From positions 1-64,000 of IMG/VR virus record IMGVR_UViG_3300008107_000157: a stretch of DNA of 64,000 nt; one strand, given 5' to 3'. The translations under genes were made by a program, and so were the position numbers. Shown here one piece after another: positions 9,327 through 18,873 of the stretch. The notes below the pieces were generated by a model. The model was not told the DNA's origin. It searched no databases and was given only the letters and a program-made list of their open reading frames with translations. The first letter of the stretch is position 1. Each line of letters begins with the position of its first letter. Source of the DNA: a virus.

Positions 9327-9992
9327 CTATTTTTTTATAAGCTCTGAATGATTTAATTCACATAACTTTTCTTCTAATGCTGCTTTCCTCTCCAATAGAG
9401 CTTCAATTGCTTCGGTAGCACCATCTATATCTTTTTGCAAATCTGCTTTTACTTTATCCATATCAACATCGTAATTCCACTTCTCAATTCTTCCATCTTC
9501 ATTTACGAATTCCAATGTTTTAGAAAGTCCGGCTAACGCATCTTCGAATCTCATTTTTAAATCCCTAACATACGCTATTTGGTTTCTCGTTATTTTATAA
9601 TCAGCATAAAAAGGAAATGTTCCATCAATTCTTAATTGGGTTTCCATTTTTGCTAAACAATTTGAACAATATCCGGTTTTGCGAATTAATTTTTTGTCAG
9701 CGTGTCCATATTGTATAGTATTACAATCTTCTGCGGAGCAAGTATTTAATTTTTCTAAATATGCTCTTACATCATCTAATTGTGATACTGATATTTTATA
9801 TCCCTCTTTTTGTTCCCACTTCTTTCCCTCTTTATCAGTCCAAATTTCTCCTACTTCTTTTTTAGTTTCTACTTCACCTTCATAACCAAATGTAGTTTGA
9901 TTATCATCTCTACCAAAGACCGTATCTATAATTTTTTTACGGGTTGGGTGAATGTAGTTATTTTTTTCTTCAAAGCTTTTTCTCTTTGCCAT
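9327..9992 (-). CDS. Hypothetical protein with a Cys4 zinc-finger-like motif and coiled coil
   Basis: C-x4-C...C-x2-C; GEIWTD..GKKWEQKEG. Confidence 0.7.
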   Translation of the reverse strand: MAKRKSFEEKNNYIHPTRKKIIDTVFGRDDNQTTFGYEGEVETKKEVGEIWTDKEGKKWEQKEGYKISVSQLDDVRAYLEKLNTCSAEDCNTIQYGHADKKLIRKTGYCSNCLAKMETQLRIDGTFPFYADYKITRNQIAYVRDLKMRFEDALAGLSKTLEFVNEDGRIEKWNYDVDMDKVKADLQKDIDGATEAIEALLERKAALEEKLCELNHSELIKK

Positions 9993-10042
9993 AATATTTT
10001 TATTTATAACTTATTGTTTATATATACATATATATATATAAA

Positions 10043-13000
10043 TTATCTTCCAAACTTAAAAATTCCTAAAATTTGATTTAACGGAGCGAATGTGCCCGTT
10101 AATTTATAGGTATTTCCTTTGTAGAAAAATACTAATCCTTCATTTGGAACTAACTTTTCAAATCCACCAATAGCGTTTAATCTAGCTAATTCCTTTTCTA
10201 ATCTTTTTATTTGTGCTTCACTACCACCACTCTTAATATCTGATATAGATGATTCCAATGATGATTTAATCGATTGTAATGCTGCATCGGGTTGAGCGGT
10301 TAATACTGAACTCATAAATGAAAGAACTTCTGCACCAACTCCTAAAAAGATATCTTCAAATTTACGAAGGTTTCCTTTCATAATCTTATCCTTTGCATCT
10401 TTATCCACACCATCTGCCCATTTTCTGGCATCTTCATCGGCGACTGATTTGATTCCGAATGATTTATCATCAAATGCCCATCTTCTAGCTAATCCTTCTT
10501 TTTCTAATTGAGCTAAATTCTTTTTTGATTTGTTTACAAAGTTCATCCACCAAGCATAATGATAATCAGCTACACCATCTCTATCGGATAATCCAAATTC
10601 AGATTGTAGTTTGGATAACATACCATTAAACTTACCCTTTTGGGAACTTAGCTTCTCATCTTTTGGTAGTTTTGTAATTGGAGGTCCTTGTAGTGTATAT
10701 GTACTTTGTACGTGCTTATTAATATCTTTAATCATAGATGCTAATTTACTTTCAGCACCTTTTACACTACCTACTGCGTTTCCTTTTTCATCGTATTCAA
10801 CTACATTATGAAATACTAATAGATTTTGTCCATAAGGAATTACATTTGCATTTTGTGGATAGATTACTTCTAAATTACAAAACGCTGAACCATCTTTGAA
10901 TATACTCTGTCTTTCTTTTTCACTTAATCCACTAATTGCTGAATATAAATCTCTCATTGCGAAATTATATGCATCACTTAATGCACCTCTACCACCAAAC
11001 TTAGATGCCAATGCACTCATATCTAATGCACTTGCTCCACCATTTGATAAATGCCCTTTATTACGAGCTGCAATTAACTTACCATTTTTCCAACTGATTG
11101 CTAATGCCTGTCCATCGGTTTTTTCTCTAACAACTCCCAACTTACCATCTAAAGCGTTGTTGATAATCTTTTTTAAATCACCAAATGTAAGATTCATTGA
11201 AATATCAAATGGATGGTTCATATGTCCATACGCACCACCTTCACTTATAATTTCTTTTGATTCGTAAATGTGTCCGTTTCTTCTACCGAAATCTCTTAAA
11301 AGAATTCCTGCAGCCGCATTAGCTTCGTTTTCAACATCGGAGCCAGTAGCACCATCTTCATAACCACCAACAGTTCCAATTTCTCTTTGCTTTAGATGAA
11401 CTAATTCGTGTGCTAATGTTCTAAGGATATCCGGCATACTTCTATTTGAAACATACACAAATATTTCATCGGTATTTGGGTCATACCCACCATACGATTT
11501 AAATGTAGTTGCAAATTCGTTATCTTTTACTAATCTTATTTGAAATGGAAATTTATTTAAAGATAATCTATCCTTTGCGAATTTAATAAATTCACCTATG
11601 ATTTGAGCTTTACTTTTTTTTTGCTCTGGAGCTGGGATTTCTTCTTTTAATAATCCCAACTTAACAGACATATCAGTTACTTCTTCGTAATCAGTATCTC
11701 TTAAACTTCTTTCTACTTCTCTTCTATTTGCATTTGGGTCTGCACATACAGCTGCTCCAATTTTCTTTCTACCAAATGAACCTGCTTTGTCCCACATCTT
11801 CATAATGGCTTTATAGTGCCAATCACCTGCACCAACTTCGTTGAACGCAGATGGAACTTTAACTTTTACCCAACCACCATGTCTAAATAATCTAGCAGGT
11901 ATTGGTAGTGTAGAACCTATTGGTAATTTATTCTGATATTTCTTATCAATTCCAATTACTTTGGTAACAAATTCTCTATTCTTATTATCTGCTCCTACTA
12001 ATTCAACTTCTACATCAACAGGCTGTCCACCTATTTTAATTTTACCTTTAAAGAATCCTTTATTGATTTCATTTACAGTTCTAAATGTGGTTGCTTGCTT
12101 ACCATTAATTGTTGGCATTCCGTGGTCATCAGTTCCGATATCTTTAATGGTAACTTTTTTATTTTTAAATTTACCCATTAAAACTTCATCACCTTTATCA
12201 ACATCTACATTCACATCTTCTTTAACCAAATCACCAAATTCTTTACCTTGCTTATATGCTTTTATAGAATCCAATAATTGTTCATCTGACATTTCAAATG
12301 TTTCCATTTTTTCTGCCATCTTATTTATTACATTCTGAATATATTTTTCAGAATTCATTTCTTCTTCTTCGGTAACTAAATAACGAATTTCCAATAATCC
12401 CATAGTTGCTCCAGCTAATCCTGCTCCACCAAGTGCGGCCTGTGTACCACCCAATCCCATTGCTTCTAATGCAACGTGTTTAACCGCATCTTTACCCAAA
12501 TGTGCAGCAAATGCACCTACTCCGTGAGTGAATGAACCAACTATACCACTTCCGACAGCTTGACCAGCTGTGGAGGCTATTCCCGTAACACCACCGCCCG
12601 CTGCTAAACTTAAACCACCGCCCGCTGCTGCTTTACCAAGTGCTGCTAAACCACCACCAAGTGCAACACTACCAACTAAAAGAGCTAAATCTTTTACAAA
12701 ATGCTTCACATGGCCTATTTGCTCTTTTCTTTTTTCATCGGAGTATTCCCATTCGCCGGTTTCTTTATTTTTAGTAGAACCAACTTTTTGTCCGCTTGCT
12801 AATGCTTTAACAGCATGCCAACTGCCTTTAACCATATCGGATTTGTGTTGTAAAACATGTCCTATTGCTTTAACAACTTTAGTATCGGCTACTTTCTTTA
12901 AACCATCTTTCAAAGAGTTCATAAATTTAGAGCCCTGCTTATGTTCACCTTTTTCAATGAAATCCTGCTCTTCTTTACCTAATGATTTAATTTCATTATC

Positions 13001-14107
13001 TAATGTAGCTTTTAGTTCTTCTGCTTTTCTTTCTTTTGCTACTCTATCTTCTGCATCTGATTTTAATTCAGTACCACTTAATTTTTGTTCTGGTGGTGGG
13101 GCTTGTTTTTCTCCACCCTTTTCTCCACCATCGCCTTTTGGTTTATCATCAGCTTTACCTTGTTCGGTATCGCCTTTTTTAACGGGTTGGCCTGGCTGTG
13201 ATGGTTTATCATCTTTCTTTTTGGGTTCGTTTGCAGGTGCATCATCTGGTCCAACTAATTTAGCTGCTTGAATATGAGCTTCGTGGTCTTTTGGTAATCT
13301 TAATGCGTTTCTTACAGTAATTTTTTTCTTTTTACCATCTGCGGCAGTATATGTAAGTTCCTTATCCATATTTGGATTAGGTTCTTCTTCTAAGAAGTAT
13401 TCTTCAATAAAATTATCAGCTTCAAATACTAATTTTGCAATTTGTTCTGCAATTGGGTCATATACATACGAATCATCCGTAGTTGCTACTGAACGGATAT
13501 CATCATTTTTCTTTTGTATGTTTTGAACATCCTCTTTGGATGGATAACCTTTTATAAATCCTTCTTTAATCAATTTGTTAGTTATCATTTTATAAATTTC
13601 TTTATCGAATTTTGGATATGCTTTCAAAAATAGCTTTTCAGCATTATCCGAACTTAGCCAACTTCTTACATCCGTACCACTAATTGGATTTGAATCCGCT
13701 GGTATAATATAAGTATAACCAATCTCATCATAACCATATCCAGTCTTACCTTTGTATGGTTTAAAATATTTTCCTGCTAAACGAGTTGCATCTTTTTCAC
13801 CAACAGCCGCTATGTATGCGGTAGTTTTACCATCAAATTTAGAAAGTATTTCTTTTGGAGCGTATGGATTTGATACTTGTACAATTTTGTTTGGTGGGAT
13901 ACCAAACATTTTACCCATTATAACAACTTTTTCTTTAAAGTTAAATGGAGATTTACCAGAATCGGTTTTATCAGATGTACCAATATAAACATTACTAGCG
14001 CCAAATTTTGACACTAATTTTTGGTAGGCAGCGTAATGTCCTTTATGAAAAGGTTGAAAACGGCCCGAATATACTACTACGGTCTTTTTAACTTCTGGTT
14101 TATCCAC
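10043..14107 (-). CDS. Multidomain protein: HxGH nucleotidyltransferase, Gly/Ala hydrophobic segment, HExxH zincin and ligase-like nucleotidyltransferase
   Basis: GRFQPFHKGH...ISGTDVR; LRTLAHELVH...ENEANA; EKTDG...NLEV...VFH...NEGLVF...YKLTG. Confidence 0.8.
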   Translation of the reverse strand: MDKPEVKKTVVVYSGRFQPFHKGHYAAYQKLVSKFGASNVYIGTSDKTDSGKSPFNFKEKVVIMGKMFGIPPNKIVQVSNPYAPKEILSKFDGKTTAYIAAVGEKDATRLAGKYFKPYKGKTGYGYDEIGYTYIIPADSNPISGTDVRSWLSSDNAEKLFLKAYPKFDKEIYKMITNKLIKEGFIKGYPSKEDVQNIQKKNDDIRSVATTDDSYVYDPIAEQIAKLVFEADNFIEEYFLEEEPNPNMDKELTYTAADGKKKKITVRNALRLPKDHEAHIQAAKLVGPDDAPANEPKKKDDKPSQPGQPVKKGDTEQGKADDKPKGDGGEKGGEKQAPPPEQKLSGTELKSDAEDRVAKERKAEELKATLDNEIKSLGKEEQDFIEKGEHKQGSKFMNSLKDGLKKVADTKVVKAIGHVLQHKSDMVKGSWHAVKALASGQKVGSTKNKETGEWEYSDEKRKEQIGHVKHFVKDLALLVGSVALGGGLAALGKAAAGGGLSLAAGGGVTGIASTAGQAVGSGIVGSFTHGVGAFAAHLGKDAVKHVALEAMGLGGTQAALGGAGLAGATMGLLEIRYLVTEEEEMNSEKYIQNVINKMAEKMETFEMSDEQLLDSIKAYKQGKEFGDLVKEDVNVDVDKGDEVLMGKFKNKKVTIKDIGTDDHGMPTINGKQATTFRTVNEINKGFFKGKIKIGGQPVDVEVELVGADNKNREFVTKVIGIDKKYQNKLPIGSTLPIPARLFRHGGWVKVKVPSAFNEVGAGDWHYKAIMKMWDKAGSFGRKKIGAAVCADPNANRREVERSLRDTDYEEVTDMSVKLGLLKEEIPAPEQKKSKAQIIGEFIKFAKDRLSLNKFPFQIRLVKDNEFATTFKSYGGYDPNTDEIFVYVSNRSMPDILRTLAHELVHLKQREIGTVGGYEDGATGSDVENEANAAAGILLRDFGRRNGHIYESKEIISEGGAYGHMNHPFDISMNLTFGDLKKIINNALDGKLGVVREKTDGQALAISWKNGKLIAARNKGHLSNGGASALDMSALASKFGGRGALSDAYNFAMRDLYSAISGLSEKERQSIFKDGSAFCNLEVIYPQNANVIPYGQNLLVFHNVVEYDEKGNAVGSVKGAESKLASMIKDINKHVQSTYTLQGPPITKLPKDEKLSSQKGKFNGMLSKLQSEFGLSDRDGVADYHYAWWMNFVNKSKKNLAQLEKEGLARRWAFDDKSFGIKSVADEDARKWADGVDKDAKDKIMKGNLRKFEDIFLGVGAEVLSFMSSVLTAQPDAALQSIKSSLESSISDIKSGGSEAQIKRLEKELARLNAIGGFEKLVPNEGLVFFYKGNTYKLTGTFAPLNQILGIFKFGR

Positions 14108-14127
14108 AATACCCTATTATTTTGTAT

Positions 14128-14135
14128 ATAAATAT
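14128..14135 (-). promoter_or_regulatory. ATATTTAT putative late promoter
   Basis: About 20 nt upstream of the GTG at 14107. Confidence 0.55.
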
Positions 14136-14149
14136 CTTTTTATAAAAGA

Positions 14150-14275
14150 TTAGAAACTTTTATAAACAAATGGGTCTCTTTTTTTAAGTTCCTCTAACTT
14201 TTTTTTGAATCTTTTTTGCTTTTGTCTTTCTTCCCATAGTTTTACGAAAAAAGAAATGATAGGCCAATTTTTCAT
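14150..14275 (-). CDS. Small basic 41-aa protein not in the ORF track
   Basis: MKNWPIISFFVKLWEERQKQKRFKKKLEELKKRDPFVYKSF; the ATG is 4 nt after the upstream stop and the ORF fills the gap. Confidence 0.6.
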   Translation of the reverse strand: MKNWPIISFFVKLWEERQKQKRFKKKLEELKKRDPFVYKSF

Positions 14276-14279
14276 AATA

Positions 14280-14822
14280 TTAGTTTTTATAATACAATTC
14301 AGGATATTCTATTAAACAATGTACTCCGCCATTTTTGTAAGCGTTTATGTAAGCTGTTTCAATATCTTTCCAATCTTTTAAATTATGAAATTGTATATTT
14401 TTACACATTGATTTAAATTCTTCAAAATAATTTCCTTTATGTTGGTGACCAGGGTCTAATGGTTTATCAGAACCTTTTCCTAATCTAATTAAAATATTTG
14501 CTTTTTTACCCGTCATTAATTCATACTTATCGATATGATTTATTAACTGATTTGTCGCACATATTATAAAATCCCAACGAGGATAGAATGTTACAACAGT
14601 CTTTCCAGCCATAGCCATTCCCAAACTCATACCCATTTGAGTTTCTTCCATTACAGGCAATTCTACCATCTTTTCTTTTGGCACATCGCCCAATGTGGTA
14701 CTCATTGGATTTCCGGCATAAACTATTTGTTGTCCTATAAATATAACATCATCTTTTTCTCCTAAAACTTTCATTGAATTTGAAAGTGCATCTTTATATG
14801 GAGTGTATTCTGGTTGACTCAT
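14280..14822 (-). CDS. TPP-dependent E1-beta/transketolase pyrimidine-binding domain (short form)
   Basis: ELPVMEETQMGMSLGMAMAG, NQLINH and GHQH motifs; lacks the C-terminal domain. Confidence 0.85.
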   Translation of the reverse strand: MSQPEYTPYKDALSNSMKVLGEKDDVIFIGQQIVYAGNPMSTTLGDVPKEKMVELPVMEETQMGMSLGMAMAGKTVVTFYPRWDFIICATNQLINHIDKYELMTGKKANILIRLGKGSDKPLDPGHQHKGNYFEEFKSMCKNIQFHNLKDWKDIETAYINAYKNGGVHCLIEYPELYYKN

Positions 14823-15817
14823 TATGGTTTTGAATTTGGGTTAAATAAATGTTTATTTGTTTTGTACCAATTTAGTGCATCTTCCAATCCGCTTTTTAAA
14901 TCGTATTTAGGTTTCCATCCCAACTTCTTTAATCTTCTATTAGATAATAATCTGACTGGAATCATTGGTGCTTTATTACTTACATACTCAATTGGATTAT
15001 TATTACCTTCAATCTCTTTAATGGTATCCAAAACCTCATTAACAGTGTATCCACTTCCATAGCAAACATTGTAAATATCATATTTGTCAACATTCTCTGC
15101 AACACATATGAATCCACTAACCATATCATCAACGTGAATAATATCTCTTACTTCCGTTCCATCACCCCAAACTGGGATTGGATTTAAACCATCTGCTACT
15201 TTACGAATGTTTGCAGGAGTAACGTGGCATTTTTCAAAATCGTATTTATCATTTGGACCAAATGCGTTTGAAGGTCTAATAATTACACATTGCATTGGAT
15301 TGTGAATATGATTTGATAAAAAATCACAAAGGGTTTCACCATAACGTTTCATATTACCAACTGCTTTATAAGCCGGATAGATATTTGGAGTTTGTACTTC
15401 CATTTCTTCTACACAATATTCACTTCCTATATTTGGATAAACTGTATTTGATGATATAAACATAAATTTACGAACATTATTTTTCCAACATTGTTCCATT
15501 AAATTTACATTCATTTCTACATTTTGAGTAACATGTAATAGTGGGTTTACCTTCGTATCTAATGCATTTGTGGTATTTGCTGCACAATGGAACACAACAT
15601 CTACATCGGTTGATACCAATTTACAAAATTCAGCATCCGTTAAATCGCCTTTAAAATGTTCAAAATTACCTTCTACGTTTGGTATATCATTAGTTAAATT
15701 ACGTTTATGTGTAACTGCTCTAACATTTGTGTATCCATTTTCTATTAGCATTTTTAGTAAACGCGAACCAATGAATCCACTAGCTCCTGTAACTAATACC
15801 TTATCTATTTTCTTCAT
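14822..15817 (-). CDS. NDP-sugar epimerase/reductase (GDP-L-fucose synthase-like extended SDR)
   Basis: TGASGFIG, RPSNAFGPND, HVTPA and VWGDGTEVRD motifs. Confidence 0.85.
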   Translation of the reverse strand: MKKIDKVLVTGASGFIGSRLLKMLIENGYTNVRAVTHKRNLTNDIPNVEGNFEHFKGDLTDAEFCKLVSTDVDVVFHCAANTTNALDTKVNPLLHVTQNVEMNVNLMEQCWKNNVRKFMFISSNTVYPNIGSEYCVEEMEVQTPNIYPAYKAVGNMKRYGETLCDFLSNHIHNPMQCVIIRPSNAFGPNDKYDFEKCHVTPANIRKVADGLNPIPVWGDGTEVRDIIHVDDMVSGFICVAENVDKYDIYNVCYGSGYTVNEVLDTIKEIEGNNNPIEYVSNKAPMIPVRLLSNRRLKKLGWKPKYDLKSGLEDALNWYKTNKHLFNPNSKP

Positions 15818-16733
15818 AAAATTTATATGTTTTTTTGATTCCTTCTTTTATACCCATTTTTGGTAAAATATTATAATAAGTTTGATTTGTAATATCCATT
15901 TGTCTTCGTTTATCCCCGTTGGGTTTAGAAGTATCCCATTTTATTAAAATTGATTTTCCGCTGATTTCTACAATGGTTTCTATAATTTCTTTAATTGTAA
16001 CTTCTTCACCACAACCAAAATTTATAGTTATATGATAATTTCTTTCATATAATTCAATAATTGCATCTGCTACATCTCCTGCATAAACAAAATCTCTAAT
16101 AGGAGAACCATCGCCCCAAGCTTCTATTTGATTATATGCTTCAAACACCTTTTTAATAGTAGATGCTATAACTGTTCCATTACCACTAAAATCATCATAT
16201 TCACCAAATATATTTGCAGGTCTGATTATTGACCACTTACTATATCCGGTCTGAACTTTATAGGATTCCAATAGCAATTCTCCCATTCGTTTACTCCAAG
16301 CCGGAAACCAATCTGCTTCCGATGGTAAAGTTTTCCATACACTATCTTCTACAAATTTTTCCGCAGGTGCATATACTCCAACCGAACTTACAAATATTAA
16401 CCAAATATTATGTTTAGCACATTGATTAATAATTTCAGTATTAATTTTAAATGATGGGTATAGGAAATCAACTGGTTGATTTTTTGCCCTCATAGGAGAA
16501 CCTTTGACACCAAACGCATTTAATACAACATCCGGAGATTCATAAAAAAATAAATTCTTTACATTTTCTTCATTGGTTAAGTCCAATTCATAAAAAGTAA
16601 ATCTATCGGATATTGGCAAGTTATCGGAATATCTGATATCTGCGCCAATAACTTCGTATCCTTTTTCTAAACACTTTTTTACTAAATGGATTCCTACTAA
16701 TCCACTACATCCTGTTATTAAAACTTTTTTCAT
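15801..16733 (-). CDS. NDP-sugar epimerase/reductase (GDP-L-fucose synthase-like extended SDR)
   Basis: Likely start MKKVLITGCSGLVG at 16733; RPANIFGEYD and WGDGSPIRDF motifs. Confidence 0.85.
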   Translation of the reverse strand: MKKVLITGCSGLVGIHLVKKCLEKGYEVIGADIRYSDNLPISDRFTFYELDLTNEENVKNLFFYESPDVVLNAFGVKGSPMRAKNQPVDFLYPSFKINTEIINQCAKHNIWLIFVSSVGVYAPAEKFVEDSVWKTLPSEADWFPAWSKRMGELLLESYKVQTGYSKWSIIRPANIFGEYDDFSGNGTVIASTIKKVFEAYNQIEAWGDGSPIRDFVYAGDVADAIIELYERNYHITINFGCGEEVTIKEIIETIVEISGKSILIKWDTSKPNGDKRRQMDITNQTYYNILPKMGIKEGIKKTYKFYEENR

Positions 16734-16734
16734 A

Positions 16735-17364
16735 TTAAAATGCAATCCATTTGCCGCTTCCATAATGCGGATATTTTGATTTATAATCATACCAAATAAC
16801 ATCTTCAGGAACTTCTCTTTTCCCATTCCACGTTGCTTCAGTTGGTGTGTATGTAGATACTCCGTTATCTTCAACTACAAAATATAATGGTAAGTCAAAT
16901 CGTCTGGCATACTTATGAACTTCATAGAATATACCACTTTCAAAACTCATATCCCCAACAAATACCCACACCTTATCATCTCCTCCATCTTTCTTAATAG
17001 CGGATGCTACTCCCAATGCAATCGGTAGAGTTCCACCCACAATAGCTGATGCATAAAATCGATTATCGTGGTCACACATTGTAATTGATTTACCTTCTTT
17101 TATTACTTCGGTAGCATAGTCAGCTGATAACCCACTTAATACCCAATGATAGTGAGAACGCCAAGTTGAGAATACCCAATCGGTTTCTTTAATTCTTTTG
17201 AAAACTTCAATTAATTGTGATTCATTTCCATTTGATAAATGCACGGGTCCTCTTATTTTGCCGCCTTCCCAAATATCAACTATACTTTGTTCAAACGCTA
17301 TTAATTTTTCTACCGTCCAATCGATATCCCTAACAATTGGATATTGTTCTAAATTTTTTATCAT
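16735..17364 (-). CDS. TPP-dependent E1-alpha-like subunit (short form)
   Basis: GPVHLSNGNE, STWRSH, SAIVGG and the TPP motif GDM...VVEDN. Confidence 0.85.
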   Translation of the reverse strand: MIKNLEQYPIVRDIDWTVEKLIAFEQSIVDIWEGGKIRGPVHLSNGNESQLIEVFKRIKETDWVFSTWRSHYHWVLSGLSADYATEVIKEGKSITMCDHDNRFYASAIVGGTLPIALGVASAIKKDGGDDKVWVFVGDMSFESGIFYEVHKYARRFDLPLYFVVEDNGVSTYTPTEATWNGKREVPEDVIWYDYKSKYPHYGSGKWIAF

Positions 17365-17906
17365 CTATCTCTTTTTTGTAATATTGGAGAATCTGTTGGC
17401 CATTCTATTTGAAATTCCGGGTCATTCCACTTAACTACGCCTTGTGCATTTTCTTCAACGAAATCTCCTTCATAAAATAAATTATAATGAAATACACAAT
17501 CCGTTAATGCATAGTGTCCATTTGCAAACCCAGGTGGAACTAAAATTTGGTCTCTTGATTTTTCAGTAAGTAGATATGAGTTCCAATCGCCATATGTTGG
17601 TGACTCTTGTCTAACGTCCAACACTACTAAAAATATATCACCTACTAATGCTTGAACCATTTTCCAAGTCTTATTATCCCAATGCAATCCTCTTAATACA
17701 CCTTTATATGATTTTGAAAATCTACCATGTACTTTTAAATCTCCATGCATAAAATTATGAACGGGGTGTTCTTCAGAATGATACGTTGTCCATATCTCAC
17801 CTCTATACTCTCTATATACTGATGGTGAAAATATTGGAACATCGTTTCCAAATGGTTTTAGAAATGATACATCTATATCATTCCATTTTTTGTCTTTATA
17901 ACTCAT
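17361..17906 (-). CDS. rmlC: dTDP-4-dehydrorhamnose 3,5-epimerase family protein
   Basis: SKSYKGVLRGLH, VVLDVRQESPTYG, VPPGFANG and WNDPEFQIEWP motifs. Confidence 0.9.
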   Translation of the reverse strand: MSYKDKKWNDIDVSFLKPFGNDVPIFSPSVYREYRGEIWTTYHSEEHPVHNFMHGDLKVHGRFSKSYKGVLRGLHWDNKTWKMVQALVGDIFLVVLDVRQESPTYGDWNSYLLTEKSRDQILVPPGFANGHYALTDCVFHYNLFYEGDFVEENAQGVVKWNDPEFQIEWPTDSPILQKRDR

Positions 17907-17907
17907 A

Positions 17908-18873
17908 TTATGTTCTATTTGCGTATCCTAAAGGAAATCCGTTTCTAAATTCTGCTCCCATTTTAGGAACTATCATTTGATATCCCTGAATTAATTGTTT
18001 AATACCTTTATCCAATCCCCAATGTGGCACCCACCCAGTCGCTTCTATTTTAGCGTTTGATACGATATAATCTCTTTTATCGGGGTCCTCATAATAATCG
18101 TTATATGATACCGCAAAATCCTTTACATGAGATTGTATCTTTTCCAACAATTCTTGCTTTGATAAATTGGCAGAGCTTAACCCAACATTGAAAACTTCAC
18201 CTTTATATTGTTCATAGTTTTCTAACATAAAAAGAAATGCCGATGCTACATCTTCTATGTGGATAAAATTTCTTTTAAAGTTCTTTTCAAACACAACGAT
18301 GTATTTATCCGTAATTGCTTTATAAACAAAATCGTTTACTAATAAATCGGTTCTCATACGAGATGATACACCAAATACAGTTGCTAATCTAAATGTAATC
18401 GCTGATGTATTTGCTCTAAGGAAATTTTCTGCTGCACATTTGGTATTACCATAAACCGATATAGGATTTAATGGCGATTCTTCGGTACATTCGGTTTGCC
18501 CTACACCAATACCATACCCACTATTAGTATTTGGGTACAATATTTTTTTATCTTTTGCAAATCTTACAATATTAAAGATTTGTTTAAAATTTATTTCATT
18601 TGCCAATTGAGGGTCAGCCGCACATGCGGGGAATCCTACTATTGCCGCCAATGGTATTATAACATCTGCTTCTATACAAAGTTCTTCTAATAATGTTTCA
18701 TTACGAACATCTCCATAGATAAATTTAAAATTTGAATTAGATGTATATTGAAGTAGCGATGTTTGGTTAAACAATAACTTATCCAATACAACTACTTCAT
18801 ATCCGGCTTTCAACATCTTGTCTACAATAACCGAACCCAAATAACCGGCGCCGCCTGTGATTAATATTTTCAT
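17908..18873 (-). CDS. NAD-dependent sugar epimerase/dehydratase
   Basis: TGGAGYLG, LAAIVG, catalytic YGNTK (YxxxK) and RLATVFG. Confidence 0.88.
   Translation of the reverse strand: MKILITGGAGYLGSVIVDKMLKAGYEVVVLDKLLFNQTSLLQYTSNSNFKFIYGDVRNETLLEELCIEADVIIPLAAIVGFPACAADPQLANEINFKQIFNIVRFAKDKKILYPNTNSGYGIGVGQTECTEESPLNPISVYGNTKCAAENFLRANTSAITFRLATVFGVSSRMRTDLLVNDFVYKAITDKYIVVFEKNFKRNFIHIEDVASAFLFMLENYEQYKGEVFNVGLSSANLSKQELLEKIQSHVKDFAVSYNDYYEDPDKRDYIVSNAKIEATGWVPHWGLDKGIKQLIQGYQMIVPKMGAEFRNGFPLGYANRT

Noticed and set aside
10015-10042. TA dinucleotide run upstream of ORF 9992
   Set aside because: Short and low-complexity in AT-rich DNA; at most a degenerate promoter motif
16734-16874. N-terminal extension of ORF 15801-16874
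   Set aside because: Overlaps the E1-alpha gene; the Rossmann motif begins at the ATG at 16733
14280-17364. Pyruvate dehydrogenase as an energy-metabolism auxiliary gene
   Set aside because: Subunits are truncated, E2/E3 are absent from the window, and the context is nucleotide-sugar synthesis
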